A stretch of DNA of 64,000 bases from Lama guanicoe (lineage: Eukaryota): the NCBI GenBank assembly GCA_013239625.1, contig MU054117.1, forward strand, positions 374,001 through 438,000. The letters run 5' to 3'. The notes under the pieces are model-generated. The model was not told where the DNA came from. It saw only the letters and a list, made by a program, of their open reading frames with translations, and searched no databases. The translations under genes were made by a program, and so were the position numbers. Positions 11,021-24,700 of this stretch are shown here, one piece after another; the stretch's first letter is position 1, and the number at the start of each line of letters is the position of its first letter.

Positions 11021-11070
11021 CGTTTCTTGTGTGTGGCTCAGATGTTAAGGAGTTCTCTTCCTGCTTTTCA
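11021..11070 (-). CDS. CECR2: CECR2 small coding exon (human exon 6): (S)EKQEENSLTSEPHTRN(G)
   Basis: Hand translation (too short for the ORF track) matches human EKQEENSLASEPQTRH. Pyrimidine tract plus CAG acceptor at 11073-11071, GTAATA donor at 11020. 50 nt, phase 2 to 1. Confidence 0.95.
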
Positions 11071-11911
11071 CTGAAACACAGGAAAAGGAGGCATCAGTTA
11101 AAACAAAAACTTGTCCAGAACTGTGCTGTGCTCGCCCATAAGGCAGACACACTGACTCGACATCAGGAGAGAGCGCATGTCAAGGGAGCAAGGTCTGGAG
11201 GAAGGCTGGCTACTGGAAGAGTGACCACAGGATACAGGTGTTCCTGCAGAGGGCAGGACGGACACCAGGGAACCCAGTGCTGCGGTAACATCACTGCACA
11301 AGAAAACAGGTGTTCGGTGTTCACGGTTAAATGCCAAGAAGAAAAGAACGGTAAGGACTGCACGCCTGCTCCCTGGCCGAGGGCTGCACTGAAGGTGAGG
11401 CGTCCTTAACCCAACCTCACAGAAGGTGAGGCTAAGAACACCACAGGTCTGAGGTCAGACCAGCCTGTTCGAGGCTTGACACTGACCATATGGCCTGAGG
11501 AAAGTCAACTGACTTCCCTGCAGAACAGGTCTACGAATAATGCCCACCTCACAGGGATGGTGGGGTCAAACCATAAACACAAAGTGCTCAGCTCCATGGT
11601 GCGAAGTCCCCGAGTCACAGGGGACGCCCTCTGGGTTTTCTGGCTTATTTTCAGCCCCACTCTGGGCGCAGTCTCCAGCTCCCCCTTCATTATCTCGCCC
11701 AGCATCCTGTCCAACCCAGTCCTCACCCCAAACGAGCTCTGCCACCCAGCGAGGTGCCCGGGGCACTGGGCAGCCTGGCAAGGATCTGGACGTGGGTACC
11801 ACAGCCTAGGCCTGCATCCTTCCCATTGCAGAAAAAAGCAAGGATGAAGTGGAGTGAGCCCTGTCCAGCATAAGGGCCTGTGACCACCATGGACTAGACA
11901 GATCTTCTCAC

Positions 11912-12016
11912 CTCACTGTGGTTTCCTCCTGCACTTTTTTCCGTTTTGGGGGTCTGCCTCTTCTTTTTCCTGTTTTCCCAGGAACACTTGAGACATTTTT
12001 CTGTCCTTCACTTTCC
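11912..12016 (-). CDS. CECR2: CECR2 coding exon (human exon 5) encoding the AT-hook: (R)ESEGQKNVSSVPGKTGKRRGRPPKRKKVQEETTV(S)
   Basis: Hand translation contains the RGRP AT-hook core. TAG acceptor at 12019-12017, GTGAGA donor at 11911. 105 nt, phase 2 to 2. Confidence 0.95.
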
Positions 12017-12609
12017 CTAAGAAATAGTACATTAAATCGAAATGCTGTTGTAGAACTGATGAGTTACGTATGACTTGTAAACGAGTTGTGAGTTCTTCTG
12101 GCCACACGGTTACCAACAAGGATTAAATCAGGCGGTCACGGGCGGAGAAGGGTGACTGTGTTCCCTACTATCACGAGGACCCAGGAAAGCCCACGCCATT
12201 ATTAACGGCAGAGGGGGACCTAACACCTCCCAGGGGTGCGCGCTCCCCCGGCACACAGACGCCTGCTGCTGCGGGAAGGCGACCCCTTCCTTGTCTAGGA
12301 AGCACTGGGTCTGGACTTGCCCTACACTCACCCGCAATTCCAGCAGGAAAAGGAATCTCAGAACTGACCCTGGTGGAGGGCAAGCTCTGGGGGGAACAGT
12401 GCCTGTGCTGCGGGGGCAGCGGTCCTCAGGACCCTAGCGGACATGCCCCACCACGCTGGCAGCGGGGCCTGCAGACTGACCCCTTTTCACCTGTGTGTGA
12501 AAGAGCTTCTTGCCATCTCTCTGCGGCGTGCTGCACCATCCCCCATGTTTAGCTTTAACGAGACTCCTGCACAGGCAGGGGCTCCCGCAGCCCTGCCTCA
12601 AGCACACAC

Positions 12610-12746
12610 CTGCCCAGAGGCCTGCCGCTGGGCTTCCCTTGTGCAGGGGCCTCCTTGTACATCCGGGTCCCGTAGAAGTACCAGTAGAGGGCCCCGGAAC
12701 TGTCTTCACCCAGCGGCTCCACGCGGAGACTGTCTGCATCCAGGCC
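12610..12746 (-). CDS. CECR2: CECR2 coding exon (human exon 4): [45 protein letters not shown](R)
   Basis: Matches human [35 protein letters not shown] acceptor at 12749-12747, CAG|GTGTGT donor at 12609. 137 nt, one codon shorter than recalled human; phase 0 to 2 fits the next exon. Confidence 0.94.
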
Positions 12747-13606
12747 CTGCGAGAACAGGGGACAGAGCAAAACAGGAGAAACTGCGGTGAGGACCCTTAG
12801 ATATTCTGCACGTTTAAATTGCCCAAGCACCTTAATTCACAGCCAGGGCACAGGAAACACAGGCAGGGCCTTCTTTGCAGAACAGACGACGGGAATATTT
12901 CAGTGCAGCTAGAGAGAGACCAAAGGAATCGTGATGAGCACACTCAACACGGGGTTTGGACGTGGACTCCACGTGTGCACCCCCACGAGGAGGGACAGTG
13001 ACAGAAGAGAACCTGACGTCGCGGGGCCATGGCCCACGCAGCCCACAGCAACCTCTTGCTGCGGCCAGATCCAGCAGCAGGGCCCCGATGGGCCCGGGTC
13101 TGACCCATGCTGGCCTCCCGGAGAGACTGAAGTCTCAAGTCCCAGAATGACCGTGCTCAGCTGCCCGGTGTCTCACCTGTGCCCACAGCGAGCGAACTAA
13201 GGCACATGGGCACCGTCATAGGTGACTGAGCCCCGAGGCCAACTTCTAAACCGACTGGGAGGGCAGGACAAGGGCAGGTGGCACCATAGCCTCCCCCAGC
13301 ACACCTCTAAAGTGCGTGCATGTGGCCAGTGGGAACAGCTCAAACTCCTCAGGAGTTTTCAATAAATACTTCAGTTATGCTAAGTCACATCTCAGACCTT
13401 GGGAAATAAAATTCAGTGGCGGCCGCGGCTGTGTTTCGGCCGATGACAGGAAGAGCAGCCCAGGAAGACAAATCGAGGTAGAAATTTCACCAAAATAAGG
13501 TCACGAACGGTCACGTGAGCGAGCGTGTGCTTGGACTCGCCTGGTGACAGCGGTCACGGCTGTGCACACGCCGCTCCTGTCGGTGATGAGCGCTGAGACC
13601 AGCTCA

Positions 13607-14071
<465 letters not shown>

Positions 14072-16894
14072 TTACTTTAAACCACAAACTGCACATGCTG
14101 GTGAAATATGTAAAGGTTTCAATAAGCAATGGCAAAGACAGAACCAAGTCCACACCTCAGCTTCACTTGTGAGTTAGAGACTACGGAGGCTGGGGGGACA
14201 GACATCCAGCTCAAAATCAGGTCCACCACTCAGGTGGCGAACAGAAAGAAGCCCATGGTCCGCCCAGCCAAGCCCACGGGTATCTCGGGTTAAGATGTAA
14301 AGGTGGGAAGGCCTGCTCGAGAACACAAGGGACCGCTCAGACCTGCAGCTACACTCAGGTGTGCTGCTCCCCGTGAACTTCCGGGCGTGCTACAAGATGC
14401 TATATTCTAGACTTGAGGTGGCTTTTCTGTAGGAAACATTTAAGACGGTCTGGCAGCTTAAATCTTTGATTAGCACCTAAATGTGCCTTTTATATAATAT
14501 AACAAAGTGCTATTTAATTGTTAGGTTATTCTATATCTCAACTGTTAAAAGAACCTGGATATAATTTCACCTAGTCTTGATTTAAAAATATTTTTCTCAC
14601 TAAACAAAGAACTCCAAAGGAGTTACATGTCAATATAATTTAAAAAGAGGCATGTACCATGTTGATTTATAGTCTATGGTACTTATACTCACAGAAAAAG
14701 TCAGGAGAAATATTTATGGAAAAAAATCAAAGGGCCTTGGGCAAATAAGAGATTAAACATTTTGCTTTTTCAAAGAGAGAAGAAACTTGACTCCCTTACT
14801 CTTGATACTCAAGTGGGAAACTGTGATCGTGGTCCGCCGCTCATACCTGCAAACACCTCTGCTCTCACACGGGACCTGAGGGCACATCCCAGGGCTTCAG
14901 AGCCAGCCCTGCTTGTGAGCACCTGCTCAGCCCAGGGCAGGGTGGGTCTCCTCTGCCTTCACAGAAAGAGCAGTTCACGGGGTGGGGGTGGGGGGCAGAG
15001 AGGGGCGGGCAGCGTTGACAATAAAGCAGCAGCGAGGAGCACAGACAGGACAGCCTCTCTTTGGTAGTAAGTCCCTCTGTCTGCCACATGCTTTCAGGGC
15101 TGCTAATACACGCCTAGCCCTAAGCAACAAGGCGTGTTCTTCCTGCAGTAAAACTAGGTCACCTCATGCAGATCCTCCAGGAGGCAGTGGAAGCCCCCGC
15201 CCCGCCCACAGGTGCTGCCTGGGCAGGACCACCCCCCCACCTCAAGAACCACACATCTGGGATGCCCCTCCAGCAGCCCTGTGACATCACTTTTGCCTAA
15301 AGTTTCTCTCGTCATTTCCACAGCACCTTACCAAGAGAGTTCAGAGGGCATACAATTCAAGGTCACTACTTTCCTTGTATATAGATAAATCTCGTATAAA
15401 CCTTTCTTTTAAAGGTTAGAAATCTGAAGGCAATGTGACCAAGAATACCTGAAACAGAAAAGACACAGTACGCCAGAATGAGCCAATGCTTTCCCCTCGG
15501 TGGTTCTTGACCTTCTACAGGGCGTGAACTCTTTCAGAACGCAATTAGGACCATAGACTCTCCGAGAAAAACGAGCACACGGTTCTGTGCTGCTGGCAGG
15601 ACGAAGAGCCCCAGCCCCAGCCCCAGCTGCTGCAAACTGATCTACCCTCCCGAACGTCTCAGATCGCCTCGGACAGTCCCCGCCTCACTGATCCACTCGG
15701 CTCAGTGCGAACCTCTCATCTTCCCGAAGTTCTAATAATCCTCACAACAGGATAGTAACATAAGGATCAAACGAACCGGAGGTTCCGAGTACAACCGGGT
15801 CTGTATTCATTCTCGTCTGAAAAAAGTTCCAAATGGTCCTAATTACCCCTCCTTTCCTGAAAATGGTTTGCCCGAGAGATAGTGGCCGATCACTCCCAGA
15901 GTTAGTGTTTCTGAGAAACTCAGCAGAGAACTTCTTGGTTTGCTTTGGGCAGAACGAGCTTCTACTGGGGAGACCCTGTCCACAGGGATGGGCACGACGC
16001 GCAGAGCCCCAGGCAGCAGAGATGGAAGCGCTCCTGACATGCAGGGAAACGGACTGTCTGCGACCTGTTTCAGGAGACCACAGGTGAAAGGAAGGCTCCT
16101 GCGTGAGCCCTGAGACAGGAAAGAGCACCTGTCGTCCATGCGCAGGGAGCAGGGACAACATGGCACCACAAGGGCCCAAGGAGACCAGCGGGAGAAGCCT
16201 GCACTCCCACCAGCCACTGCGACGTGTGAAGTGGATGAAACACACACTTAACAAGAGCCCTGAGCTGAAATAAAGATTCTGGTTCCAGGTGAAGCAACAA
16301 GTGAAAGGCTCTATGAGAACACTGGGTCAAGTGCTTGCTCTTAAAGATCATAAACAGGCCAAAGTAACTCAAATAATGCCTCTTCTGCAGGGCTATGCAA
16401 TGGCTGCCACGTCCACATGTCCTACAGTCAACACGATGGCCAGGGTTAAGTGAAGGCTCATGACAATCTCAAAAGATAGAAAAATGACAAAGACACAAAA
16501 TATACCTTTTAGTAGGGAAAGTGTCTAATACAGACTTTCACTTGTATATACGACTGTTTATGTTGGGTAACAAAGAAACGTATGAAAAAGTAATCTGGAA
16601 ATCAATGCCATAATAATCTTTGAAAAGATAAAGGATTTTTTAAATGGAAGCCAGATGGGACCCTAAATACCAACTGTATGAATCAGGAAGTCCGCAGTGT
16701 CAGGTTTCAGGTGTGAAAGGTACAGTAAGAATTCGGAAAGCTCCTGATAATTTAAGGAGGCACACATCGCCCACCCTAGAACTATGAATGCGCATACACA
16801 CACACGACAAACCTATAGAAGAAATTAAGTGGAACACAGTAAAAATAACCTAAAAGGAGGCACTGAAGGACAAAGAGACAAACAAACCTAAGAA

Positions 16895-17615
16895 GGAAAC
16901 ACATGAAAAGATGCTCATTAGTCATGTGGAAACTGCGAATCAAAACCACAACCAGATACCACTTCACACCCAGCAGGATGGCTAAAATTAAAAGCACAGG
17001 TAGTAACACGTGCTGACCACTTGTTAACGAGGATGTGGAGAAACTGGAGCCCTTGTTTACTGCCAGCGGGAATGTAAAATGGCGTAAGCTGCTTTGGAAA
17101 AGTTTGGCAAGTTGCTCTAAGGTTAAACAGGAGAACTGTATGGCCAAAGTAATCTACACCGAGGTATGTACCCGAGAGAAGTGAAAAACACATCCATGTG
17201 AAAACAAGTACACAGCACTCACACTCAGCAACGTGATTCCTAACAGCCAAAAAGGTCCAACAGCACCAGCTAATGAAGAGGTAAGTAAAGCACACATCTG
17301 TGCAACAGAATACTTCTCAGCCATAAAAAGGAGCGCATCCTTGACTCACGCTACAACGCGGGTGAACTCTGAAAACACCACGCTGAGTGAGTGCAGCCGG
17401 CCTCCCATCCACACGCACCCACCTCTGGAGGCGCCCAGGACAGTCAAGAGCAGACACAGGAAGCGGACGCCGATGAGGGTGAGCAGTGACGGGAGGGCGT
17501 GTGCGCTGTCTCTTGGGGGTGATGAAAATGTCCTGGAGTCAAACAGTGGCAAAGACTACACTACACAATCCTGTGAATACACGAGAAACCAATGAACTGG
17601 ACACCTGAGAAGAAA
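16895..17615 (+). mobile_element. L1MB-like 3' fragment nested in the older L1
   Basis: cacatgaaaagatgctca ... caaaaccacaaccagataccacttcacaccc ... gggggtgatgaaaatgtcctggag ... tgtgaatac. Confidence 0.8.
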
Positions 17616-18044
17616 AAACGGGGGCCAAGTGGAAAACCAACCCTGTCAGTAACCGCGCTAAATGTAAGTGGACGAAACACCCAACTCAGAGCAGAAACGG
17701 TCAGACTGCGTGAGAAAACGCAAGACTCAACTGCAGGACATCGTCTACAGCATACACTTCAAATAGGAAAATACAAACAGAAAAAGACAGAAAATGACAT
17801 ACCGACGATGAGCGTGACAAAGCCGACTGGCTCTCTTAAGACCCGTCACTGTGGTCTGAAGACAGAAAGGCAGCTCACCAGGATACATAGCAAAGGGCTA
17901 CGTTCTGGCCCGAGAATGAAACTCACTGAACAGAAGCTTGCAGAACTAAAGGGAGAAACACACAAGTTCCCAGGCGTAGCGAGAGATTTTTAAACATCTT
18001 TCTCATTAATTAATACACAGACTAGACAAAAGATCAGTGAGGAC

Positions 18045-18215
18045 GGGTGTGTGGTGGGGGTGGAGCTCAGAGGTAGAGCATGTGCTTAGGCAAGAGGTCC
18101 TAGGTTCCGCCCCCAGTGCCTCCACCGAACGAACGAACGAATGAATGAATAACAAATAAATAAGTAAATTTTAAAAATCGCCTCCTCCCTGCAAAAAATA
18201 AATTAGTTAAAAAAG
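18045..18215 (+). mobile_element. Vic-1-like SINE with degraded ~17-bp TSD, inserted in the L1 EN region
   Basis: ggagctcagaggtagagcatgtgcttag ... ggttccgccccc; flanks aaaagatcagtgaggac (18028-18044) and aaaagactcagttaggac (18216-18233). Confidence 0.85.
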
Positions 18216-20765
18216 AAAAGACTCAGTTAGGACAAGATCTCAAAAACACCTCCAACCTGACTGACATTTACACAAGGCTACAGCAAACACTGCAGGACAC
18301 ATATCTTCACCAAGTGCATGTGAGATGCTCACCTGGACATAAAGCAGGCTCACCAAGCTTCAACAGACTGAAATCTCAGAGTGCACTAGTCTGAGCATAT
18401 GGAATTACACCCAAATCACTACCATAACCAGAAGTTAAGGAACACATTTTGACAACCCACGGATCACAGAAGAAGTAACAACATGAATTAGAACACGTTT
18501 TGAATGATAATGAAACCACAGCCCATGAAAATCTGTGGGGTGCAAGCAAACACAGCTGAGGAGCAAATTTATAGCTTTCAAATGCCTGTGTTGAAAATAA
18601 AAAAGGCTCACAACCAGGGCTGTGTGTCACTTAGCAGGCTAAAGCCAAAGTAAACAGAAGAAAGTAAAAAGAAGAAATCAATACAACAAGAGAAAGAAAA
18701 CAGGTTAACAGCAGGCAAAGCCAAAAACTGGTTCCTTAGTAAACATCTGAAATGTTGATAAACCTGTGGAAATAGAGAGAACAAACGACAACAGGAATGA
18801 AAGTGGAATCGCCACCTGAGAAACAAGCCCCCAAACAGTCTCAATTAGAGCCTGAGCCAGTAACAGTAAGAACGAAACCTGCATAAAGAAAACGACAAAC
18901 CCAAAGGCTGTCAGTGGTGAATTGTTTCACATATCAAGGAAACATCTGAAAGAAATCACACAAACTCAGCAACCGGAGGAGGGAACATTTCTCAACCCTA
19001 GTGCCAAAAACTGACACAGATTTGTAAGAAAATAAAATAACAGACCAATATTCCTCACAAACGTATGTGGAGAAATCCTCAACCACGCATCGGCAAGCTG
19101 AGTTCCATGACAGAGAAAAGGGCCAACTCTTCATCATACTCCAAGGTAGAAGGCTGAATACTCTCCCCAGCACAGGAACACCACACTCGGGCTGGGCCAG
19201 CGCGCGCCGAGCATCTGGGGTGCAGAAGGGAGTGAGAGAAGCAGAACTGTATCCAGCTGCAGACTGCAAAAAGCCCTCAGTCATCTACAAGACCACAAAG
19301 ACTAAGAGACCAATTCAGAAAGACTGCAGTACCATGGTCAATGAAAATATCAACTGTATTTTACACATACTGGCAACCAGTAGCTGAAAAATATAAAATA
19401 CTTAGAACAAATGGAAAGATGTCCAACATCTTTGCACTGAAACTACAAAATGTCACTGCAATTAAAGGTAAACAAACAGAGAAATAAGTATCAGGCCAGG
19501 GACTGAGAAATCCAGCACCTCTCAGAATGTCCATGTTCTCCAGCAGGCTCTTGCGGGGCTGGGAGGGGACCCACGAGCTGATTTTTAAATTTGTATGCAA
19601 AGAACATAAAAGAGTAAAAATATTTTAAAAACTAAACTAAACTAAAAGTCTGGAGAACTCTCCAAAGTCAAGACAACCTGACACTTGTGTAAATGTAAGA
19701 TCAACAGATCAAAGGGACACGCTGGACATACGTGGAATCTCTAATGAACAAGTGGACACCGACCTTCCACTTCACACCACACACACTAACTTAAAATGCA
19801 TCACGATGACAACTGCAAAAAGCTACAGCTCCAAAACTAAGAGAAAAACCTCAAAAAAACAACTCCTCGACATTGACATACGTCCTGATTTCTCAGGAAA
19901 CAAAATGAGGACACAAACTAAAACAACTGATAAACTGGTCTTCAACAAAATTAAAACTTGCCATTCTTTGCAATTCAGTGTCAAACAAGGGGAAAGGCAG
20001 GCTGCACATGAGGAGGAAACAGCCACGGCCCATTATTTTTATTTATCTGCATCTGTATCTACATCCATGTCTAGATCTAGATCCAGTCACCGGGGAAATG
20101 CAAATGAAAGCCACACTGAGTTACCGTGTTACACACAAGAGGACCAGCGAAAGTAAAAACTGGGTAAAATTAAAAACAACGAAAGTTGGCAAAGACACGG
20201 AGCAACCAGACTGTTCATATGTTGCCGGCAGGAGGATAAAGGTGGCAACTGCTTAGAAAACAAGTTTCTTAACATTAAACACACTCTCACCATATGACCC
20301 AACAATTCCCAAGAGAAGTGAAAAAATGTCCACAAAACCATTTGTGCAAATGTTCACAGCTGCTTTATTCCTAACAGCCGCAAACTGGAGGCAACACACA
20401 AGCCCGCCAATTAGTGACACATAAACCGATACGTTTTCACACTGGGATGCAACTTAGAACCCCTCTCCTCCAAAGGAACAGACTAACGACACAACCAGCA
20501 GTGTCAGTGGGTACCACACACACACAGAGTACATTCTGCATGACCCCTCCATACGAAATTCAGAGTAAGGCAAAACAATCCACATCTGATAAATCGATAA
20601 AAATCAGATCAGTGGTTACATAGGGTGCAGGGGGATTTTTGGGGGGTTAGATTTAGGGCAAAGGGCTCTTTTTGGGGAGATGGAAATTTCATATAATCTT
20701 GAGTAGGACGGTGACTGAGCTCATGGAATTAGACATAGTAAGTAACCTATTTAATTTTCTAAAAA

Positions 20766-21075
20766 CAGGTGCAAGCAAACTATGGCCTGTGGGCCGAGTC
20801 CAGCCCGAATGTCTATCTTTTTTTTACAGCTTGTAAGTTAAGACTGTAAAAGAATCACTCCTTTTTAAAGGTTGGGGAAAAAAGAAATCAAAAGAATAAA
20901 CATGAAAATGATATAAAATTCAACTCCCAGTGTCCACAAACGTCTCACAAGATGCAGCCACGATCAGCAGTACGAAGCACAGTGACGGCAAAGTGGGGCG
21001 CTGCAGGCCACGTGACCCACACAAAGCATCAAAGACTCATTCTCTGGCCCCTCACAGGAAGTGTGCTGACCCCAG
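20766..21075 (+). mobile_element. hAT-Charlie MITE, MER58B-like
   Basis: Starts caggtgcaagcaaactatggcctgtgggcc, contains aaatcaaaagaa and catgaaaatgatataaaattcaa, ends tctggcccctcacaggaagtgtgctgacccc. Confidence 0.8.
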
Positions 21076-21174
21076 TTCTGAAACGCGCAAGTCACAACAG
21101 GTAAGACACGGAGGGTAGCCTGGGTCAGCATCGACTCTACCTGCACCGTCGATGTTTCCATACATGCTGACGTA

Positions 21175-21345
21175 ACAAATGATATTTATTAAAAGCTCAG
21201 GACTGTTCTGAGGCTTTCATAAGTTGTTCCATTTACTCCTCACAGTAGCTTTAGTAGTAGGAATGTTTATCATCCCCATTTTACAGATGAGGCAAGTAAT
21301 GCACAAAGACATTATATACCTTTCTTGGCTCCACACCACAGCTTA
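21175..21345 (-). mobile_element. MIR SINE fragment
   Basis: MIR core atcatccccattttacagatgaggcaa. Confidence 0.75.
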
Positions 21346-21656
21346 AGTCTTAGAACTAGGAAAGGCAAGCATTCATTTGTCCAAAATTCTCTTTCTTTTA
21401 AGTTGGGATGAAAACAAAACTTCAGAGAGTCCTGAGCATGCATTCACTCTGTGTGCATGTGGACAGCACTGGAGGGACAAAATAATTATCACTTTGGGTA
21501 ATTTCTCTCAATGGAAAAAGCAAAATCAATTATGCTGCTTTCTTGTCTGGGTGATCACTGTGGAGGTATATTCAGTTTGTACAAATTCACTAAGCTGTAT
21601 AATTAAGCAATGTGTCCTTTTCTGTGTGTACTATTACATATCAACAGTAACAAGTT

Positions 21657-21745
21657 ATTTTTTTAATGGGGGTGCTGGAGATTGAACCCAGGACCTCGTG
21701 CTTGGATCCAAGCACACAATGGACCAGAGCTACAGCCTCCCCACA
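21657..21745 (-). mobile_element. Vic-1-like SINE, short form, with 8-bp TSD (aacaagtt)
   Basis: Antisense ggggtgctggagattgaacccaggacctc ... gagctacagcctcccc; aacaagtt at 21649-21656 and 21751-21758. Confidence 0.85.
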
Positions 21746-24700
21746 ACAAAAACAAGTTTTAAAAGGCTGAAGCCTGAGCCTCAACCCAGACCTAATAATT
21801 CAAAATCTTGGATCATACAGTACTCAGACTTACTTGATCATTCAGAAGTATTTTTATCTCACGTACTTTATTTTTTTTCCCACACAAATGAAAATTACAG
21901 ATTATGTATTCTGCAATGCTCTGAGAAATGGGAGAGTCACCACTTGCCTTCCTGGTGCAGCACAGAACAGCGGGGACCCCCCCGCCCTGGGCACTCCCCC
22001 TTCCCCCGCCGTTCCCACTTCTACTTCTGTGCATCAGAGACTTACAACTTCGCCCAACAGCAGAGAGGGCACCGAAGCAGCTGCTGGTAAAAGGAAAGGA
22101 AAAACTCCCGTCTCCTCCCCGTTACAAGCAACATCTGAAATTTTATGACATGTGACTAGGGTCATTTTTTGCCATTTTTTGAAAGAAATGAACCCCTCAT
22201 TTCAAAAGGAGTCACTTAGGAGTACCTGACACGGTGCTGCCTCAAGGAGGACACTAGTACTCATGAGGCCTGTGGGCAGTGCCGGCACCTCTCCAAACCC
22301 TGGCCCTGTGTGGCTGCAGAAGCAGGTGTGCAGGGGACAGAGGACAGGATGACACAGGGCGTCTACACTTGGTGGCAAACACTTCTGATGAGACAGACGC
22401 ATTCCGAAACACTTACACGCTATTTGAACCTGCAGATGCACACGGGAAGGGAGAGCTGGCCAGGACAGCATGCCCTGCGCCCCGTCTTCGCGAGGGCAGG
22501 GTTTCCGCTCTATACTACATTGGGCGATGTTTTAAAACTTACTCTTTTATGCGGCCGAAACCACTAATTTTATGTAAAGACAGAACATGCAGGGTCGAAG
22601 CCAAGCCAGAGGAGCAGACCTGGGATTCTGAGACAGGGAAGACCTGAGCCCCGGCTCTCTGAATCCTTTGTGGGGATCTCTCCTCCTCTAATCGCTGCGA
22701 GGCCTGCGAGCGACCCAGACTCTGCATGTGTTTCTTTTCCATAAGCACGGCCTGTTATCCTCGTAGGTGATCTCTTACCACCTCGTCGCCCTCACCTCGC
22801 AAGAAGCCTGAAAACAATGAGATGGACCGCAGTGAAGTATGAGTGAAGGAAAAGGCTGCATCGAAGCCGAAAGTATTCTGAAGCAATCCACTGTTTTCAA
22901 ACTAACTTTTTATAGGGAATATTACCAAAGTAAGTGTGTACTTCTCTATGCTTTATGGTGGAGGTTATGGCAAACATGGGACAAGTTGGTTACAACTATC
23001 CAAATGGAAAATCAAAACCTCTTTTGATAATTCCTTTATTTATATATACAACCACACGTGATTATCCAAAAATCAACTGGTTCTTGTCCAATAGTCTATC
23101 AAAATCCACGTAGATTTTATGACACATTGATAACTAAGTAAATGTGATTATGCCAGCATACATCTGACCAGCATTATTCAGCTTTGTTTTGGAAGGTGTG
23201 GTGGATGGAACAGAAGCCTGAGTTACGGGCACCCCCGGGTACTCACACCTGTGTACGATCCTCTCTCCTGAGTGAGGGGGCCCATCTGAGGCTCCCTTCT
23301 GGCCAACAGAACAGGGCACGGGGGGCGGGGGGGGGGGCCGGTGGCCGGCCCTGTCCTGCTGGCGGAGAAGACGCAGCCAGCTAGGCTGTGAGCAGACGGC
23401 AGCTCCCGTGCACCAGCCACCTGGGCCCTGCACCCGCAGGGGCAACTCTGCCATCAGCCTGAAGGAGCTCTGGTGCCCCCCGGTGAAGCCTCCAGGCAAC
23501 CCAACCACAGCCCTGCGAGGCCTTGAGCAGGGCCCCAAGGGCCACGGGCAGACCCACAGACTGTGGGGTAACAAACACGGCTCTAAACTACTCCATCTGT
23601 GAGCTCTGCTACACAGCCACAGAAAACAAACGGGGCCTCCTGGAGGCACGTCTCAGGTTGATCACAGTCCCAGCTGGCGCCTAGGACACAGCCAGGGAGA
23701 AACCATGGGCCCAGCACCCTGGCCACGTGGTGTCCAGATCCCTGACCCTCAGAAGCTGCTATGTAAACACTGGCAATGCTTTAAGGTTGCTAAGGTTTAG
23801 GGGAACTTCTCACCCAGCAGTAGGTAAGTACAGCAGGACACAGCCCGGAACAGCACGGAGCAGCCAGAGCACAAACACTGAAAGCAACGGGGGACGGTGG
23901 CCCTACAAAATCAAGGTCCGGAAAACCAGGTGGACTCAAGACAACACAGGGATACGTTATACTCTGCACCTCAAAGCGCTCATGCGTAGCAGGCGTGGAA
24001 CCCTACTCTCAGCAGCATCGCAAATCAAAATAAGCCAGGAACGAATCTGACCTAAACGAACTAGGCTACAACCTTCTACTGAGCAATATACAGGACTTTA
24101 ATCAAAACAAGGAAAGTTCTCATAGGTCATGATGAGACTGTACCATTTGGGGGAAGACTTGACAAGCTGGCTAATTAAGACCAACGGTGTCAGAGCCAAA
24201 CCAGGCTGACAGGTGCCCGAGTCACAAAGAAGACGATTCCCGCGGGGGCAGGGGGCACTGCGACCCCGGCACCGGGGGCGGCCACACGACGGCCTGTCCA
24301 GAGCTGCTGAGGGTGGGGGACAGTCTCCTGTGGGAGGTCAGCCAGCAAATCTGAACAGGCATTCCTTGTGCTTGACCAGTGACATGCTGACGGGAGAAAT
24401 GACCCAAGCACACAGGAGCACACGCGAGCTGTAACACGGGAGGAGGCCACGCACGGAGGGCCTGCGGGGCTGAAGACGGCGGGTCACTGAGCTCCTTGCC
24501 CCTACCTGGCCTGACCCACCCATCTGCCCTAGGAGGCTGGCTCACAACTACAGTCTCACAAGTCCCCTGCTCTCCCCGCTTCTGGGGTCACACCCCGAAT
24601 TCTTAGCTCAGCCAACACAGCCTTCAAGGCTCCAACTCCCATGTGCTGAAGCCAAACACCAGATTCCTAAAACTGATGTGCACGCAGGAGACAGGCAGGT

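Larger units (their letters stand above)
16690..20710 (+). mobile_element. Decayed old L1 (inter-ORF region, ORF2 EN/RT remnants, 3' end) hosting nested insertions
   Basis: ORF2 N-terminus remnant LSVTALNVSGRNTQLR near 17640 (cf. ISIITLNVNGLN), then collinear ORF2-like motifs (aaaactggttc, gtggtgaatt, caacaaaattaaaac) and an L1M-type 3' end. Confidence 0.8.

Noticed and set aside
22385..22415. CTGATGAG...CGAAAC hammerhead-like core
   Set aside because: No stem II beyond the closing pair and no NUH site with pairing arms.
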